51,483 nucleotides of DNA from an uncultured Bdellovibrionales bacterium (GTDB lineage Bacteria > Patescibacteriota > Minisyncoccia > Moranbacterales > UBA1568): assembly GCA_964428075.1 (NCBI GenBank), contig CAYRWQ010000003.1:1-51483 (forward strand), written 5' to 3'. A program made the translations under genes and the position numbers. Every line of letters starts with the position of its first letter. Within the stretch, counting starts at the first letter, position 1. Positions 1 through 8,695 of the stretch are shown piece after piece. A model generated the notes under the pieces. It did no database searches, was not told where the DNA came from, and worked only from the letters and a program-made list of their open reading frames with translations.

Positions 1-658
1 ACACCACACCTGCGCCAAAAAGTAAGTACAAAAGATACCACAACCAGTAAACGATATATAAGAATACCGGCAGCAGACACAATCCAACCAGCAGTACCTT
101 CTGAACAACTGAGAAAGTTTCAATAACGAAGCGATCGTATATCGTTTTTGTCACCGCGAAGGTATCGGCAGATTTGCGAGTATCCCCGGAATCAAGACTG
201 TGTATGCTTACCTTTCCCGCTTTCTGATCCCAAGCGCCAAGCGTGTCCTTCCCAAGAATTAACCATGTTTTCTGAATCAAAAAATCATCGGCGGCGATAC
301 TTTTTTTCGTGTCTATAACGAGCAAATTCTCTGGCATATCGGTACCTCCCGAAATGCCACGCCAAGCTTCTGGAAATGCAATCGCATACGGCTCTGTAAC
401 ATTTGTCACAATCTCCCCTCCCTTCACCTGTACTCTGAGCTCGTCCGGATAAAGCGACATCACAATCGATTCTTGCGTATGCCAATCTTGAGAGAACAGA
501 AAGCGAGAGAAACGAATAGAGGCAGGAAGCGCAATGGCGACTGATACCAGCGTAAACAATAAGATAAGCAATGAATAAAAACGAAGAGTTTTCCCCTTTG
601 TAAAATTCAGGCTCGAAAAAAAATCGGGTCGCTCTATAATACACTGCATGCGTCGCAT
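1..658 (-). CDS. Membrane protein, N-terminal part only (gene runs off the left edge); not in the supplied ORF track
   Basis: My translation of the minus strand from ATG at 658-656 stays open to position 1 (about 219 codons). It reads MRRMQCIIERPDFFSSLNFTKGKTLRFYSLLILLFTLVSVAIALP...VLLVGLCLLPVFLYIVYWLWYLLYLLFGAGVV, with hydrophobic helices near both ends. The listed ORF 285..644 is another frame of the same strand and looks spurious. The pattern loosely recalls DUF1189-type membrane proteins; this is from memory and unverified. Confidence 0.5.
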   Translation of the reverse strand, partial: MRRMQCIIERPDFFSSLNFTKGKTLRFYSLLILLFTLVSVAIALPASIRFSRFLFSQDWHTQESIVMSLYPDELRVQVKGGEIVTNVTEPYAIAFPEAWRGISGGTDMPENLLVIDTKKSIAADDFLIQKTWLILGKDTLGAWDQKAGKVSIHSLDSGDTRKSADTFAVTKTIYDRFVIETFSVVQKVLLVGLCLLPVFLYIVYWLWYLLYLLFGAGVV

Positions 659-721
659 GAGCTTAAGGAAAAGCATAAGTTTCACGAAAATAATATAGAA
701 TCAAAAATCTTCTCCCTCATT

Positions 722-759
722 CTAACATATTCCACACAAGCTAACATATTCCACACAAG
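722..759. repeat. Perfect 19-bp tandem direct repeat x2 (CTAACATATTCCACACAAG)
   Basis: Read directly: 722-740 and 741-759 are identical. The repeat lies in the 242-nt gap between the ABC transporter stop (901) and the start of the gene at 658, so it is upstream of the latter. Confidence 0.95.
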
Positions 760-900
760 GTGCCTCTCTCGTACTACACCCAATCGCACGTCAGAGATTG
801 TATACTCCTCCAAACCCCTTCGCCGCTCGACGGGAAGAAAGAAGGGAAATTTTTCATTGTTGCTCTTTTCCCCATTTGAGCAGTACACCGATGTGCTTCA

Positions 901-2685
901 CTAACACCCTGTCTGATAATCATGCAATCGCTTATAAATACCACTATCTTGTCTTGCTAAATCTTCGTGCCTGCCTTCTTCCACGATTCTGCCCTTGTCG
1001 AAAACAAGTATGCGATCCGCTCTTCGGGCAGTACTCAGTCGGTGAGCGATAATAAAAGTTGTTCTGACTTTCATCAGCGCCTCGAACGATTCAGTAACTT
1101 GCTTTTCTGTTTCTGCGTCAAGCGCGCTGGTGGGTTCATCAAGAATTAATATTGAAGGATTTCGCAATATAGCCCTTGCAATTGCAATGCGCTGTTTCTG
1201 TCCAACAGATAATTTCATGCCTCGCTCGCCAACTAACTGATGATACTTCTCTGGTAGCTCTTCAATAAACTCATGCGCTTGCGCTGCTTTTGCTGCCTTT
1301 CTAACATCTGCCTCTGTTGCTTGCAACATTCCATAGCGAATATTCATCATTACAGTATCGTTAAACAATACTGGTTCCTGAGGAACAACAGCAATACCGC
1401 TTCGAAGTGCCACTAAATCAAATGTTCTCGTGTCATGTCCATCCACGAGTATTCTCCCTTTTGTCGGAAAATAATATCCAGAAATTAAATCAATAGTGGT
1501 ACTTTTCCCAACGCCAGATTTGCCAACGAACGCTATTCGTTCTCCATGCTCAACCTTAAAATTCAGACTATTAAGCACGGTGGTAGTACCATCATAAGAA
1601 AACGACACGTTTTCAAAATGTACCGCACCCCTAATCTTGGATGGGGTATACGCATTTTTTGGGTGATACAGTTCTTGCTTTGTCGCAAAAATCTTTTCTT
1701 CTGCCTGTTTAATACTCACTAAGCCGTTTTGAAGTGTTTGCCATTCGTGGCCCAACCTCACGAAGGGCCCAAAAAGCAAGGCGGCATATCCGTTTAACGC
1801 AACAAGTTCACCGATTGTCAGTTGCCCCTGTTGGATAAAGTAAACGGAAAGAAAGAAGATAACTGATTGTGTTACCAAAACAATCATTCTTTGATAAAAA
1901 TTGATACTACTCCAAATAAGCTGGAGTTTATTCCAAAGGCTCGCTGCGTGCCCCAAAAAACCTGCCTCATTTTTACCTTGCTCATACTCTTCAGTTGCCA
2001 TGTGTTTTACTGATTGAATGTGCGTAACTGCCTGCAATGCGTCCGCATACGCATTCGTCCATGCAGAATGTCCTTCTTCGAGGAGATGAGTGGTCGGAAC
2101 GACTAATTTAATCAACATGAATATGTAGATCATGACACCACACATAAGCACCAACGCAAAAAAAGGGTTGATGAAAAGCGTCACGGTAAAACCGACAATA
2201 ACGCTCAAAATTTGCGGGGTTAAGCTCACAAGCACATTTTCCACAATGGATGCAATTTGCCAGCTTGTCTTCGAAAGATGGTCGGGCAATTCGCCAATTT
2301 TTACATCCTTGTGAAAAGCGAGTGGAACGAAAAGGAGATGTGAAAACCCTTTCGCTTGGTAGCCCAACTGCATCGTCATGCGCAATACACGTCCTCTCCG
2401 ATCAATAATCCAGTCCACAACATTCGCGGCGAGCTGTACAAAGACCCAGAGCAATAACAGACCAAACCATGCGGAAATTGTAAGCTCTCCGAAAGACAAT
2501 GCTTCTGAGAGACCAATCAGCGCATCAAGAAATGAACCAACGATATAAGGAATCGTTCCATTCGCTATTGCCGAAATAATTCCTAAAAAAGCCAAAAAAA
2601 CGAGGGCTGGCTTATAGTCCTCCATGTGCTTGAACAGAATCCCCCAAGCCTTCCTCGTTTCCTTTATTTCGTTTTGTTTACCCAT
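901..2685 (-). CDS. ABC transporter, fused permease/ATPase (MsbA-like exporter family)
   Basis: 594 aa. The N-terminal half is hydrophobic with multiple TM helices. The C-terminal half has Walker A GKSGVGKST, ABC signature LSVGQKQR and Walker B ILILDEPTSALD. Confidence 0.9.
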   Translation of the reverse strand: MGKQNEIKETRKAWGILFKHMEDYKPALVFLAFLGIISAIANGTIPYIVGSFLDALIGLSEALSFGELTISAWFGLLLLWVFVQLAANVVDWIIDRRGRVLRMTMQLGYQAKGFSHLLFVPLAFHKDVKIGELPDHLSKTSWQIASIVENVLVSLTPQILSVIVGFTVTLFINPFFALVLMCGVMIYIFMLIKLVVPTTHLLEEGHSAWTNAYADALQAVTHIQSVKHMATEEYEQGKNEAGFLGHAASLWNKLQLIWSSINFYQRMIVLVTQSVIFFLSVYFIQQGQLTIGELVALNGYAALLFGPFVRLGHEWQTLQNGLVSIKQAEEKIFATKQELYHPKNAYTPSKIRGAVHFENVSFSYDGTTTVLNSLNFKVEHGERIAFVGKSGVGKSTTIDLISGYYFPTKGRILVDGHDTRTFDLVALRSGIAVVPQEPVLFNDTVMMNIRYGMLQATEADVRKAAKAAQAHEFIEELPEKYHQLVGERGMKLSVGQKQRIAIARAILRNPSILILDEPTSALDAETEKQVTESFEALMKVRTTFIIAHRLSTARRADRILVFDKGRIVEEGRHEDLARQDSGIYKRLHDYQTGC

Positions 2686-2696
2686 GTTTCTTCGAG

Positions 2697-2770
2697 TGGT
2701 CGCACCTGGACTCGAACCAGGGACCTCTGCAATGTGAATGCAGCGTTCTAACCAACTGAACTATGCGACC
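2697..2770 (-). tRNA. tRNA-Val (anticodon CAC), no encoded CCA
   Basis: Reverse complement folds as a cloverleaf: GGTCGCA-TA-GTTC-AGTTGGTTA-GAAC-G-CTGCA-TTCACAT-TGCAG-AGGTC-CCTGG-TTCGAGT-CCAGG-TGCGACC-A. The stems are 7/4/5/5 bp, the T-loop is TTCGAGT and the anticodon loop is TT-CAC-AT. Confidence 0.9.
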
Positions 2771-2806
2771 AAATTCCCCCTCTCCAAGCACACATACCCG
2801 TACATC

Positions 2807-2835
2807 ATTGTATGGAAGGAGTGCCATTTTGTCCA
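2807..2835 (-). promoter_or_regulatory. Putative sigma70-type promoter for tRNA-Val (TGGACA-17 nt-TACAAT)
   Basis: On the minus strand, TGGACA is at 2835-2830, the spacer is exactly 17 nt, and TACAAT is at 2812-2807. This sits about 37 nt upstream of the mature tRNA 5' end. Confidence 0.5.
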
Positions 2836-2844
2836 GAGACTCAG

Positions 2845-3459
2845 TCACGCATCACGCGATTTTTCTCCGAGCGCTTTCAATAACTTTATCTTGGCACGAT
2901 TCACCCGGCTGGCAACAGTATTTATCGGAATACCAGTCATGTCAGAAATCTCGCGATATGATTTATCAAGATAGTACCGAAAAATAAGCATTTCCCGATG
3001 CTCTTTCTGGAGACACCCTAATGCAACCTGAACCATATCATGCAGCTCGCAACGTATCCAATATGCTTCATCGAATTCAACGATGGTCTGTCGATCCACT
3101 TGCGTGACCATGGTATCCTCCCAGGCGACTGCGGACGGGCGGCGACTTCTGTGACGCATCCAGTTAGCCGCTTCATTATGCGCAATACGATATATCCAGG
3201 ATGAAAATACACGTGAGTGTTCAAAGCTTCCGAGATGTTGGTACGCCTTCACAAAAACATTCTGTAAAAGATCTTCGACTTCATCATGGTTACCCACCAC
3301 ATGTCTCAAATACAAAGAAATTTTGTGCTCATAGCGGGATACAATGAATTGAAAGGCAGCAATCTCCCCATGCATCACCCGGGTGACGATTGATTCATCG
3401 CTCTCAACATGACCCCGCGTACCTGATTCCTTGCGCATCATAGACGCATCCTTCAACAT
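2845..3459 (-). CDS. RNA polymerase sigma factor, sigma-70/ECF-like (regions 2 and 4)
   Basis: Region 2-like segment: LLQNVFVKAYQHLGSFEHSRVFSSWIYRIAHNEAANWMR. Region 4 HTH: YREISDMTGIPINTVASRVNRAKIKLL. I chose the start at ATG 3459 because AGGAG lies 7 nt upstream. The track start at 3510 adds 17 unlikely residues. Confidence 0.8.
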   Translation of the reverse strand: MLKDASMMRKESGTRGHVESDESIVTRVMHGEIAAFQFIVSRYEHKISLYLRHVVGNHDEVEDLLQNVFVKAYQHLGSFEHSRVFSSWIYRIAHNEAANWMRHRSRRPSAVAWEDTMVTQVDRQTIVEFDEAYWIRCELHDMVQVALGCLQKEHREMLIFRYYLDKSYREISDMTGIPINTVASRVNRAKIKLLKALGEKSRDA

Positions 3460-3516
3460 CGTACTACTCCTAGTATACAATGATATACTGCATCCACACG
3501 TATTACTCACAATACA

Positions 3517-3545
3517 TTGACAATACGTGCAAAAAACAGTATAAC
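3517..3545 (+). promoter_or_regulatory. Near-consensus sigma70 promoter (TTGACA-17 nt-TATAAC)
   Basis: TTGACA is at 3517-3522, the spacer is exactly 17 nt, and TATAAC is at 3540-3545. GGAG (3573-3576) and GTG (3583) follow. Confidence 0.55.
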
Positions 3546-3582
3546 GTTATTAGTACCTTCCCATCAAACTACGGAGAAACAT

Positions 3583-3996
3583 GTGAAAAAAATACTGCAA
3601 TCTCTCTGGACCATTCTACGCAACTCACTCATTGGATGCGCGATACGACTTTGTTGGCACCGTCTTTGGATACGTATCGATATGTCACACCCTTCACTCG
3701 AAATTGATCCTATTCTCCTAGCGCGTTTTCGGGGGGACAACCCATCACAACACGTTCGTTTTATGCTTGGCTTCAAATCAGCCGAGCAGTACACAAGAGA
3801 TATTGATCGGCGCAGGCATATCGCCCAGTCCGTAATCAACCCACATGGCTCTGAGAGATTGGTATACTTCTACTCCCGTTTCGATCTGTGGATTCGTTTT
3901 GGGCGCGATGTCAGAACTCTGCTCCGATTGTATAACCAAATATCGCAAACACAAGCCCACAAAGAAAAGCATGGACTTTCACGCAGGAATCCCTAA
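3583..3996 (+). CDS. Hypothetical protein (137 aa, Arg/Trp-rich), no family recognised
   Basis: In-frame GTG at 3583 lies 6 nt after GGAG and downstream of the promoter above. The track start at 3517 sits inside the -35 box, so it is unlikely. A perfect 9-bp hairpin follows the stop. I recognise no motifs. Confidence 0.45.
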   Translation: MKKILQSLWTILRNSLIGCAIRLCWHRLWIRIDMSHPSLEIDPILLARFRGDNPSQHVRFMLGFKSAEQYTRDIDRRRHIAQSVINPHGSERLVYFYSRFDLWIRFGRDVRTLLRLYNQISQTQAHKEKHGLSRRNP

Positions 3997-4031
3997 ACCC
4001 GTTTCTCACATCCTGCACACTGAGTCTCGAA

Positions 4032-4060
4032 AGGGGATCTCGATACCATCCAGATCCCCT
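4032..4060 (+). terminator. Hairpin downstream of the 3583..3996 ORF (weak U tract)
   Basis: AGGGGATCT (4032-4040) pairs perfectly with AGATCCCCT (4052-4060) around an 11-nt loop. It is followed by CTTCTCATC, so the U tract is poor. Confidence 0.4.
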
Positions 4061-4287
4061 CTTCTCATCACTCCTGTCTCACACTCAGCCTCACAACAGA
4101 GCATGACGTATTAAAACCACTCTAGGTAATAAACGAAAACACTAAGAACATCTTGAAGAATCAAAGAACATCAATAATCCGCCACAAAAATATCAGGAAT
4201 ATACCTTGAATGACCCATTCACGTGAGATGCGTCTGGATCCGATCGTTTTGTATCGCTCTTGTTTTTATTATTCTTGAGAGAAACTT

Positions 4288-5376
4288 ATGCGTATTCTCG
4301 CCATAGAAACCTCCTGTGACGATACCGCTGCAGCCGTCATCGAACGAACGTCAGAGGGTGTTTTTGTGCGTTCTAGTATAGTCTCCTCACAAATCGCACT
4401 CCACGCGACTTATGGCGGTGTCGTACCCAACCTCGCCGCTCGAGAACATGTGAAAAATATGATTCCAGTCATCAAAACTGCTTTCCTCACATCAGGATTT
4501 ACTCCCAGTGGTATTGACCTGATCGCTGTCACGCAAGGCCCCGGTCTCATTCCAGCGCTCCTTGTTGGCACCACTACTGCCAAAACCCTGTCTTTCCTCT
4601 GGCACAAACCACTCATAGGGATTCATCATATCGAAGGACACATATACGCGAACTTCATCGCCACTGCCACTCAAAAAAATAGTCTTGTTTTTCCTCTCCT
4701 CGCCCTGATCGTTTCCGGTGGACATACGGCACTCATACTCATGCGTGATCACTTCCAATACGAAGTCCTCGGCGAAACTCAAGATGATGCCGTTGGGGAA
4801 TGTTTTGACAAAGCTGCTCGTCTCCTCGGACTCGCATATCCCGGCGGACCCATCGTGGCAAAACGAGCCGACGATTTTCGCCAATCAATATCCGAGAATC
4901 GCCATACCACTTCCTGGTTTCCTCGCCCAATGTTGAAGAGCAACGACCTCAATTTTTCCTTCTCTGGTCTCAAAACCTCTCTGCTCTACTTCTTGAAAAA
5001 ACATGAGGTAGAAAAATCAAACGAGCACTTCGTAAGCAAAGTTTGCCACGAATTTCAAGAAGCAATTGTCGATGTTCTCGTTAGCAAGACCAGAAGCGCC
5101 ATACTCTCTTTCCAGCCTTCAACATTCATCATTGCAGGTGGCGTTTCAGCCAATGTCCGATTGCGAGACCGCTTACATACTCTCATCAAAAACGATTTTC
5201 CGAACACGCACTTCTTTACACCCGAATTCCAATACTGCCTCGACAATGCCGCGATGATTGGGACGGCGGCAGCTTTTCGTTACCAGGCCTTTTCATCACT
5301 CCAACAGAATACTCTCATGACATCCTGGCGTACTCTGGAGCCACGGGCTCATTTCAGTATCGCTACCTCCATATAG
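4288..5376 (+). CDS. tsaD: tRNA N6-adenosine threonylcarbamoyltransferase TsaD (Kae1/Gcp family)
   Basis: 362 aa. It has MRILAIETSCDDTAAAV, the metal-binding GIHHIEGHI, and SGGHT and GGVSAN motifs typical of the family. Confidence 0.93.
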   Translation: MRILAIETSCDDTAAAVIERTSEGVFVRSSIVSSQIALHATYGGVVPNLAAREHVKNMIPVIKTAFLTSGFTPSGIDLIAVTQGPGLIPALLVGTTTAKTLSFLWHKPLIGIHHIEGHIYANFIATATQKNSLVFPLLALIVSGGHTALILMRDHFQYEVLGETQDDAVGECFDKAARLLGLAYPGGPIVAKRADDFRQSISENRHTTSWFPRPMLKSNDLNFSFSGLKTSLLYFLKKHEVEKSNEHFVSKVCHEFQEAIVDVLVSKTRSAILSFQPSTFIIAGGVSANVRLRDRLHTLIKNDFPNTHFFTPEFQYCLDNAAMIGTAAAFRYQAFSSLQQNTLMTSWRTLEPRAHFSIATSI

Positions 5377-5424
5377 GTTCTCACATTCGAAAATACAACC
5401 TCATGCCATACACGACACACCCTA

Positions 5425-5449
5425 AAATAGGTGACCAAATCACCTATTT
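5425..5449 (+). terminator. Putative intrinsic terminator after tsaD
   Basis: AAATAGGTGA (5425-5434) pairs with TCACCTATTT (5440-5449) around a 5-nt loop, and T-rich sequence continues (TTTCTTGT). Confidence 0.5.
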
Positions 5450-5513
5450 CTTGTATGATACAGACGAAAAGCAAAATCGATGAATAGTGCGTGCATTTTT
5501 TGTTTTTTCTCGT

Positions 5514-6632
5514 ATGAAAAAAATTCTGCTTGCCACCCGTCCATTAGTTCCGCCCTGGGATGAAGCTTCAAAAAACTTCGCCTATTTTCTCGCGAGGTCG
5601 ATCGAGAAACATCATGTGAGTGTTCTCACTACTCCGACTTGGCTGTCTGATCTTCCAGCCAATATCACCCAAATTCCTTGTTACTCCAAACCTGAGCTTG
5701 ATTTTTCGGAAAAACTCCGTCTTCTTGCTTCCCTGCGGAGCCTGCGAGGAAAATTTGATATAACCCACTATCTTTTCACCCCGACTCGAAAAAATACCTC
5801 TCTCATCAATTTTTTTAGCCGACCCACCCGTGGTAAAACCATCCAAACCATCGCTACCATACGTGAAGACCTCTACGGACCAAAACAATGGAAACAGCTC
5901 TTCTTTGCAGACCGTATCGTCGTCTATTCGGACTATTCCAAAAAACGACTCTCTGATATTGGTCTGCAAAACACGCTCCGTATTTACCCGGGAGTTGATC
6001 TCTCTTACTACCGACACGATCAAAAACATGCCGAGACACTCGAGTATTTCGATTTGACACCCTCTGACTTCGTTGTCACCTACAACGGAGAGTACGCTCG
6101 ACTTGGAGCGACCGATATGCTCACTGATTGGCTCATTGAGTATTATACCGCACATCCTGACTCCGATATGAAGTTCGTTTTTGCTTGCCGCGTCAAAAAA
6201 CACGAAGATGATCGACTCAAAAAGATCAGCATCACCGAACGCTTCCGCAAAGCCGGCGTTCTGGATCACATCCGTTTCACCGACACATACGCCGATATGC
6301 CCAAACTGTACAACCTCGCGGATATCATCGTATTTCCTGTCAACGATATGCGTGGTAAATTCGATATTCCTCTTGTCATCATCGAAGCCTACGCCTGCAG
6401 GAAACCGGTCATACTCTCTGACCTGCCGATCTTCCAAGAATTCTCAAACCCAAATATCTGTGTTACTATTCCGCGCGGTGATACCGCCGCCCTCTCCCAT
6501 GCTCTTAGCCTTTTAAAGGAAAATCCAGAAGAAAGGGAACGGCTCGGACGGGAAGCTCGCACCTTCGTCGAAACACATTTTGATCTTAAAAATACAGTAC
6601 AAGAATACGAGCGACTCTATGACTCACTCTAA
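5514..6632 (+). CDS. Glycosyltransferase, GT-B fold (family 1/4-like)
   Basis: The C-terminal half has the typical GT4 pattern: DIIVFPV...FDIPLVIIEAYACRKPVILSDLPIFQEF. The ATG at 5514 (MKKILLATRP) is preferred to the GTG at 5487. Confidence 0.75.
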   Translation: MKKILLATRPLVPPWDEASKNFAYFLARSIEKHHVSVLTTPTWLSDLPANITQIPCYSKPELDFSEKLRLLASLRSLRGKFDITHYLFTPTRKNTSLINFFSRPTRGKTIQTIATIREDLYGPKQWKQLFFADRIVVYSDYSKKRLSDIGLQNTLRIYPGVDLSYYRHDQKHAETLEYFDLTPSDFVVTYNGEYARLGATDMLTDWLIEYYTAHPDSDMKFVFACRVKKHEDDRLKKISITERFRKAGVLDHIRFTDTYADMPKLYNLADIIVFPVNDMRGKFDIPLVIIEAYACRKPVILSDLPIFQEFSNPNICVTIPRGDTAALSHALSLLKENPEERERLGREARTFVETHFDLKNTVQEYERLYDSL

Positions 6633-6658
6633 TATCCTCTCGAAAAAATTCACACCTT

Positions 6659-8164
6659 ATGTTCCGTGAATCCTTCACAAAAATCTCCGACTATCAAAGT
6701 AAATTCAAAACTGAGAAAATGCGTGTCCCAGTAGTCTTTCATGTCCAGGACGAGCTCCTGCCAACCGAATCCACTCTGCTGCAACTCGAAAGTGTTGCTG
6801 CGAATGATGGCTTGGTAAGTCACATCGCCGCCATGGCTGATGTCCATAGCAAACCCGGACGTAAGAATGCCACCGGAACTACTATTGCTTCCGAACATTT
6901 CATATTACCCCAGCTCAATGATAGTGATCCGGCCTGTGGTATGCGACTTGTTCGCACCAATCTGAACGAAAACAACATCACCCCGAAAGAACTCGACCGG
7001 CTATTCGAAGCGCTTGTTCCGGTGGTTCCCACCAAAGCATATGTCGGTACCTACCTCCCCTTTCGCATCGTTACCGATATCTGTCGAAAAGGTATCAAGC
7101 CACTTATCGAGTACCTTGGCATCCAAACCAAATATGAAACAGAAAACTCACTCGATCGAGGCAACTTTTTCTCTGCTCCACCGTCTCGTCGCGATATGCT
7201 CCAGATCCTCCCACCCCTCTTCCTCTTTTTCGCTCAATTCCGCTCGGGCATCCTTGGCGCAGCCGGAAACCACTTCCTTGATCTCATGAAAGTCACTGGG
7301 ATCGAAGACGAACCAACAGCAACCAAACTCGGGATCAAAAACGGTGATTACCTCTTCATGATACACTGTGGCTCCGGCATACTCGGCCAATACACCATGT
7401 ACATGTACACCGCCAAAAAACGCGAACATCTTTCTACCGCCATCTTCATGAATCTCGGCCGCTTCTTCTGGTCCACCCCATTCAAAAACACTGTTCGCTC
7501 AATCGCTGCCAAAATCCGCGCGTCTCATTTCGGCACACAAGAGTCACTCATCACATTTGATGGCGAAGGAGATGATGGAAAACTCTACATGGCCGCACGA
7601 AATGCTTGCTCCAATTTCGCTCATGCCAACCGCGCTGTCATCACGCACAACATCGGCCAAACGATCAAGCGTGTCCTCGGACACGATCCAGAGCTTGAAC
7701 TACTCTACGATATGCCACATATCCTTGTGTCACGCGAAGAACATGCCAAAAAAAACGTCTGGGTACACCGCAATGGAACAAGTCGCGCCTACGGACCGGC
7801 ACGCATGCAGGATCACCCGATCTTCCGGAAAACCGGTGAGCCCGCTTTTATCCCGACATCCATGTCAACCGAGGCTTATCTCTGTGTAGGAACCGACCAC
7901 AATGAATCCACTTTTTTTTCCTGCAACCACGGAGCTGGTAAGTCCAAACAAAAAACTGAACATACCGTCCCAAAAAACAAAACCGAGCTCGATCAAAAAC
8001 TCAAAACAAAGGGTGTGCGCCTCTACAATGGCCGATCCTCCAAGGTCACGGAGCAAGACTCCTCACACTACAAACGCGCTGAGGATGTCATTGCCAGTGT
8101 CCAGGCAAACAATATCGTCACACCCATCGCTCGTCTTACCCCCATTTCGGTCATCATGTACTAA
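6659..8164 (+). CDS. rtcB: RtcB-family RNA 3'-phosphate ligase
   Basis: 501 aa. All RtcB active-site landmarks are present in order: MADVHSKPG, DPACGMR (Asp/Cys), GNHFLD (Asn-His), HCGSGILG, NFAHANR, and SCNHGAGKS (the guanylylated His). Confidence 0.85.
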   Translation: MFRESFTKISDYQSKFKTEKMRVPVVFHVQDELLPTESTLLQLESVAANDGLVSHIAAMADVHSKPGRKNATGTTIASEHFILPQLNDSDPACGMRLVRTNLNENNITPKELDRLFEALVPVVPTKAYVGTYLPFRIVTDICRKGIKPLIEYLGIQTKYETENSLDRGNFFSAPPSRRDMLQILPPLFLFFAQFRSGILGAAGNHFLDLMKVTGIEDEPTATKLGIKNGDYLFMIHCGSGILGQYTMYMYTAKKREHLSTAIFMNLGRFFWSTPFKNTVRSIAAKIRASHFGTQESLITFDGEGDDGKLYMAARNACSNFAHANRAVITHNIGQTIKRVLGHDPELELLYDMPHILVSREEHAKKNVWVHRNGTSRAYGPARMQDHPIFRKTGEPAFIPTSMSTEAYLCVGTDHNESTFFSCNHGAGKSKQKTEHTVPKNKTELDQKLKTKGVRLYNGRSSKVTEQDSSHYKRAEDVIASVQANNIVTPIARLTPISVIMY

Positions 8165-8229
8165 AAAACCGAAAAGGTCATTGGGGATAAAAAAAATGGC
8201 TTATATGGAAAGAGTTCCATGTAAGCTCA

Positions 8230-8598
8230 TCAGATCATCAAAACGACTAATTCTTCTCTGTGTCGTATTTTATTGTCGCGATCATCATAACCTTGCAACC
8301 GATTCCTCAGAGCAACCATTCCACGAGGCTTCATACCCTGAAAAAACTCCCGGGTCAATTGCTCGGCATGAAGATAATTCGGATTGCAACGGACATTGCG
8401 AACCGAAATTATCGGCGGACTGCCTAGAGCATACGAAAACTCCCCCTCGGAAATCCAGACACGTTGATCGAATCTTGCACGTATAATACCCTTGGCGTCA
8501 CTCAAGCTACACCGGCTCATCAAGAATATACCTGCTATCGTCGTAAACACCGTACGATCATGAAAGAGCGCAAAACCAAATGATTGATTCTGATCCAC
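8230..8598 (-). CDS. Hypothetical protein (about 122 aa)
   Basis: AGGAGG lies 7 nt upstream of GTG at 8598 (TTG at 8601 is also possible). The gene is convergent with rtcB. I recognise no family. Confidence 0.5.
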   Translation of the reverse strand: MDQNQSFGFALFHDRTVFTTIAGIFLMSRCSLSDAKGIIRARFDQRVWISEGEFSYALGSPPIISVRNVRCNPNYLHAEQLTREFFQGMKPRGMVALRNRLQGYDDRDNKIRHREELVVLMI

Positions 8599-8695
8599 CA
8601 AGCCACCTCCTTCGATATACTATCCTGGAATACCTTGTTAACCTTCAAAAAGAACTACGATACCTCCATAAAATCTATTATTATTCAAGCACATT

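Noticed and set aside
285-644. 119-aa minus-strand ORF from the track
   Set aside because: It overlaps a longer open frame on the same strand (1..658) that encodes a more protein-like membrane product. The 119-aa product is Cys/Arg/Tyr-rich and implausible.
5568-6437. 289-aa minus-strand ORF
   Set aside because: It lies entirely antisense to the GT1 glycosyltransferase gene, which has family motifs. I recognise no motifs in its own product.
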